DNA from: an uncultured Bacilli bacterium
GTDB taxonomy: Bacteria > Bacillota_I > Bacilli_A > RF39 > UBA660
Assembly: GCA_947625715.1 (NCBI GenBank)
Contig: CANQPR010000002.1
Span: 1 to 33,487, forward strand
Length of the DNA stretch: 33,487 nucleotides
Direction of reading: 5' to 3'
Part shown: piece by piece, positions 33,477 to 33,487 of the stretch
Position numbering within the stretch: the stretch's first letter is position 1
How the letters are laid out: each line of letters opens with the position of its first letter
Translations under genes and position numbers: made by a program
The notes under the pieces: model-generated
Told to the model about the DNA's origin: nothing
What the model saw: only the letters and a program-made list of their open reading frames with translations
The model's database searches: none

Positions 33477-33487
33477 TACTTAATCCT

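Overview
This is a very AT-rich chromosomal segment from a low-GC, endospore-forming Firmicute that uses the standard genetic code (TGA is used as a stop). All family assignments come from motif recall and gene order; no searches were run.

Most of the window is housekeeping DNA with B. subtilis-like synteny:
- radC-mreC-mreD-spoIVFA-spoIVFB-rplU-prp-rpmA-(insert)-obg
- a 6S-RNA-like gene followed by tcdA (yrvM), next to rarA (yrvN)
- xerD
- mnmA
- a spoIIM-like gene and spoIVB
- nusB-xseA-xseB-proS
- a CIRCE-controlled hrcA-grpE-dnaK-(pepF)-dnaJ operon

I found no tRNA, rRNA, CRISPR array, transposase or prophage genes.

The non-routine content falls in five places:
1. Gene orientation converges at 16.2-16.6 kb on a 426-bp ORF-free, extremely AT-rich gap. 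This gap holds a 28-bp dif-like Xer site, three diverged tandem units of about 63 bp sharing a TAATTTGCATYGA core, and an adjacent orphan HTH protein gene. It may be the replication terminus, possibly with an uncharacterised DNA-binding module.
2. A 51-aa highly basic repeat peptide gene missing from the ORF track lies at 14236-14391. It has a strong RBS and a terminator, and it diverges from a 304-aa protein of unknown family.
3. A solitary HerA/FtsK-type (DUF87-like) ATPase with an N/Q/P-rich tail sits between obg and the 6S-like RNA.
4. A self-contained DUF285/BspA-like surface-protein cassette occupies the position of spo0B.
5. An M3B oligoendopeptidase F gene is inserted into, and translationally coupled within, the dnaK operon.
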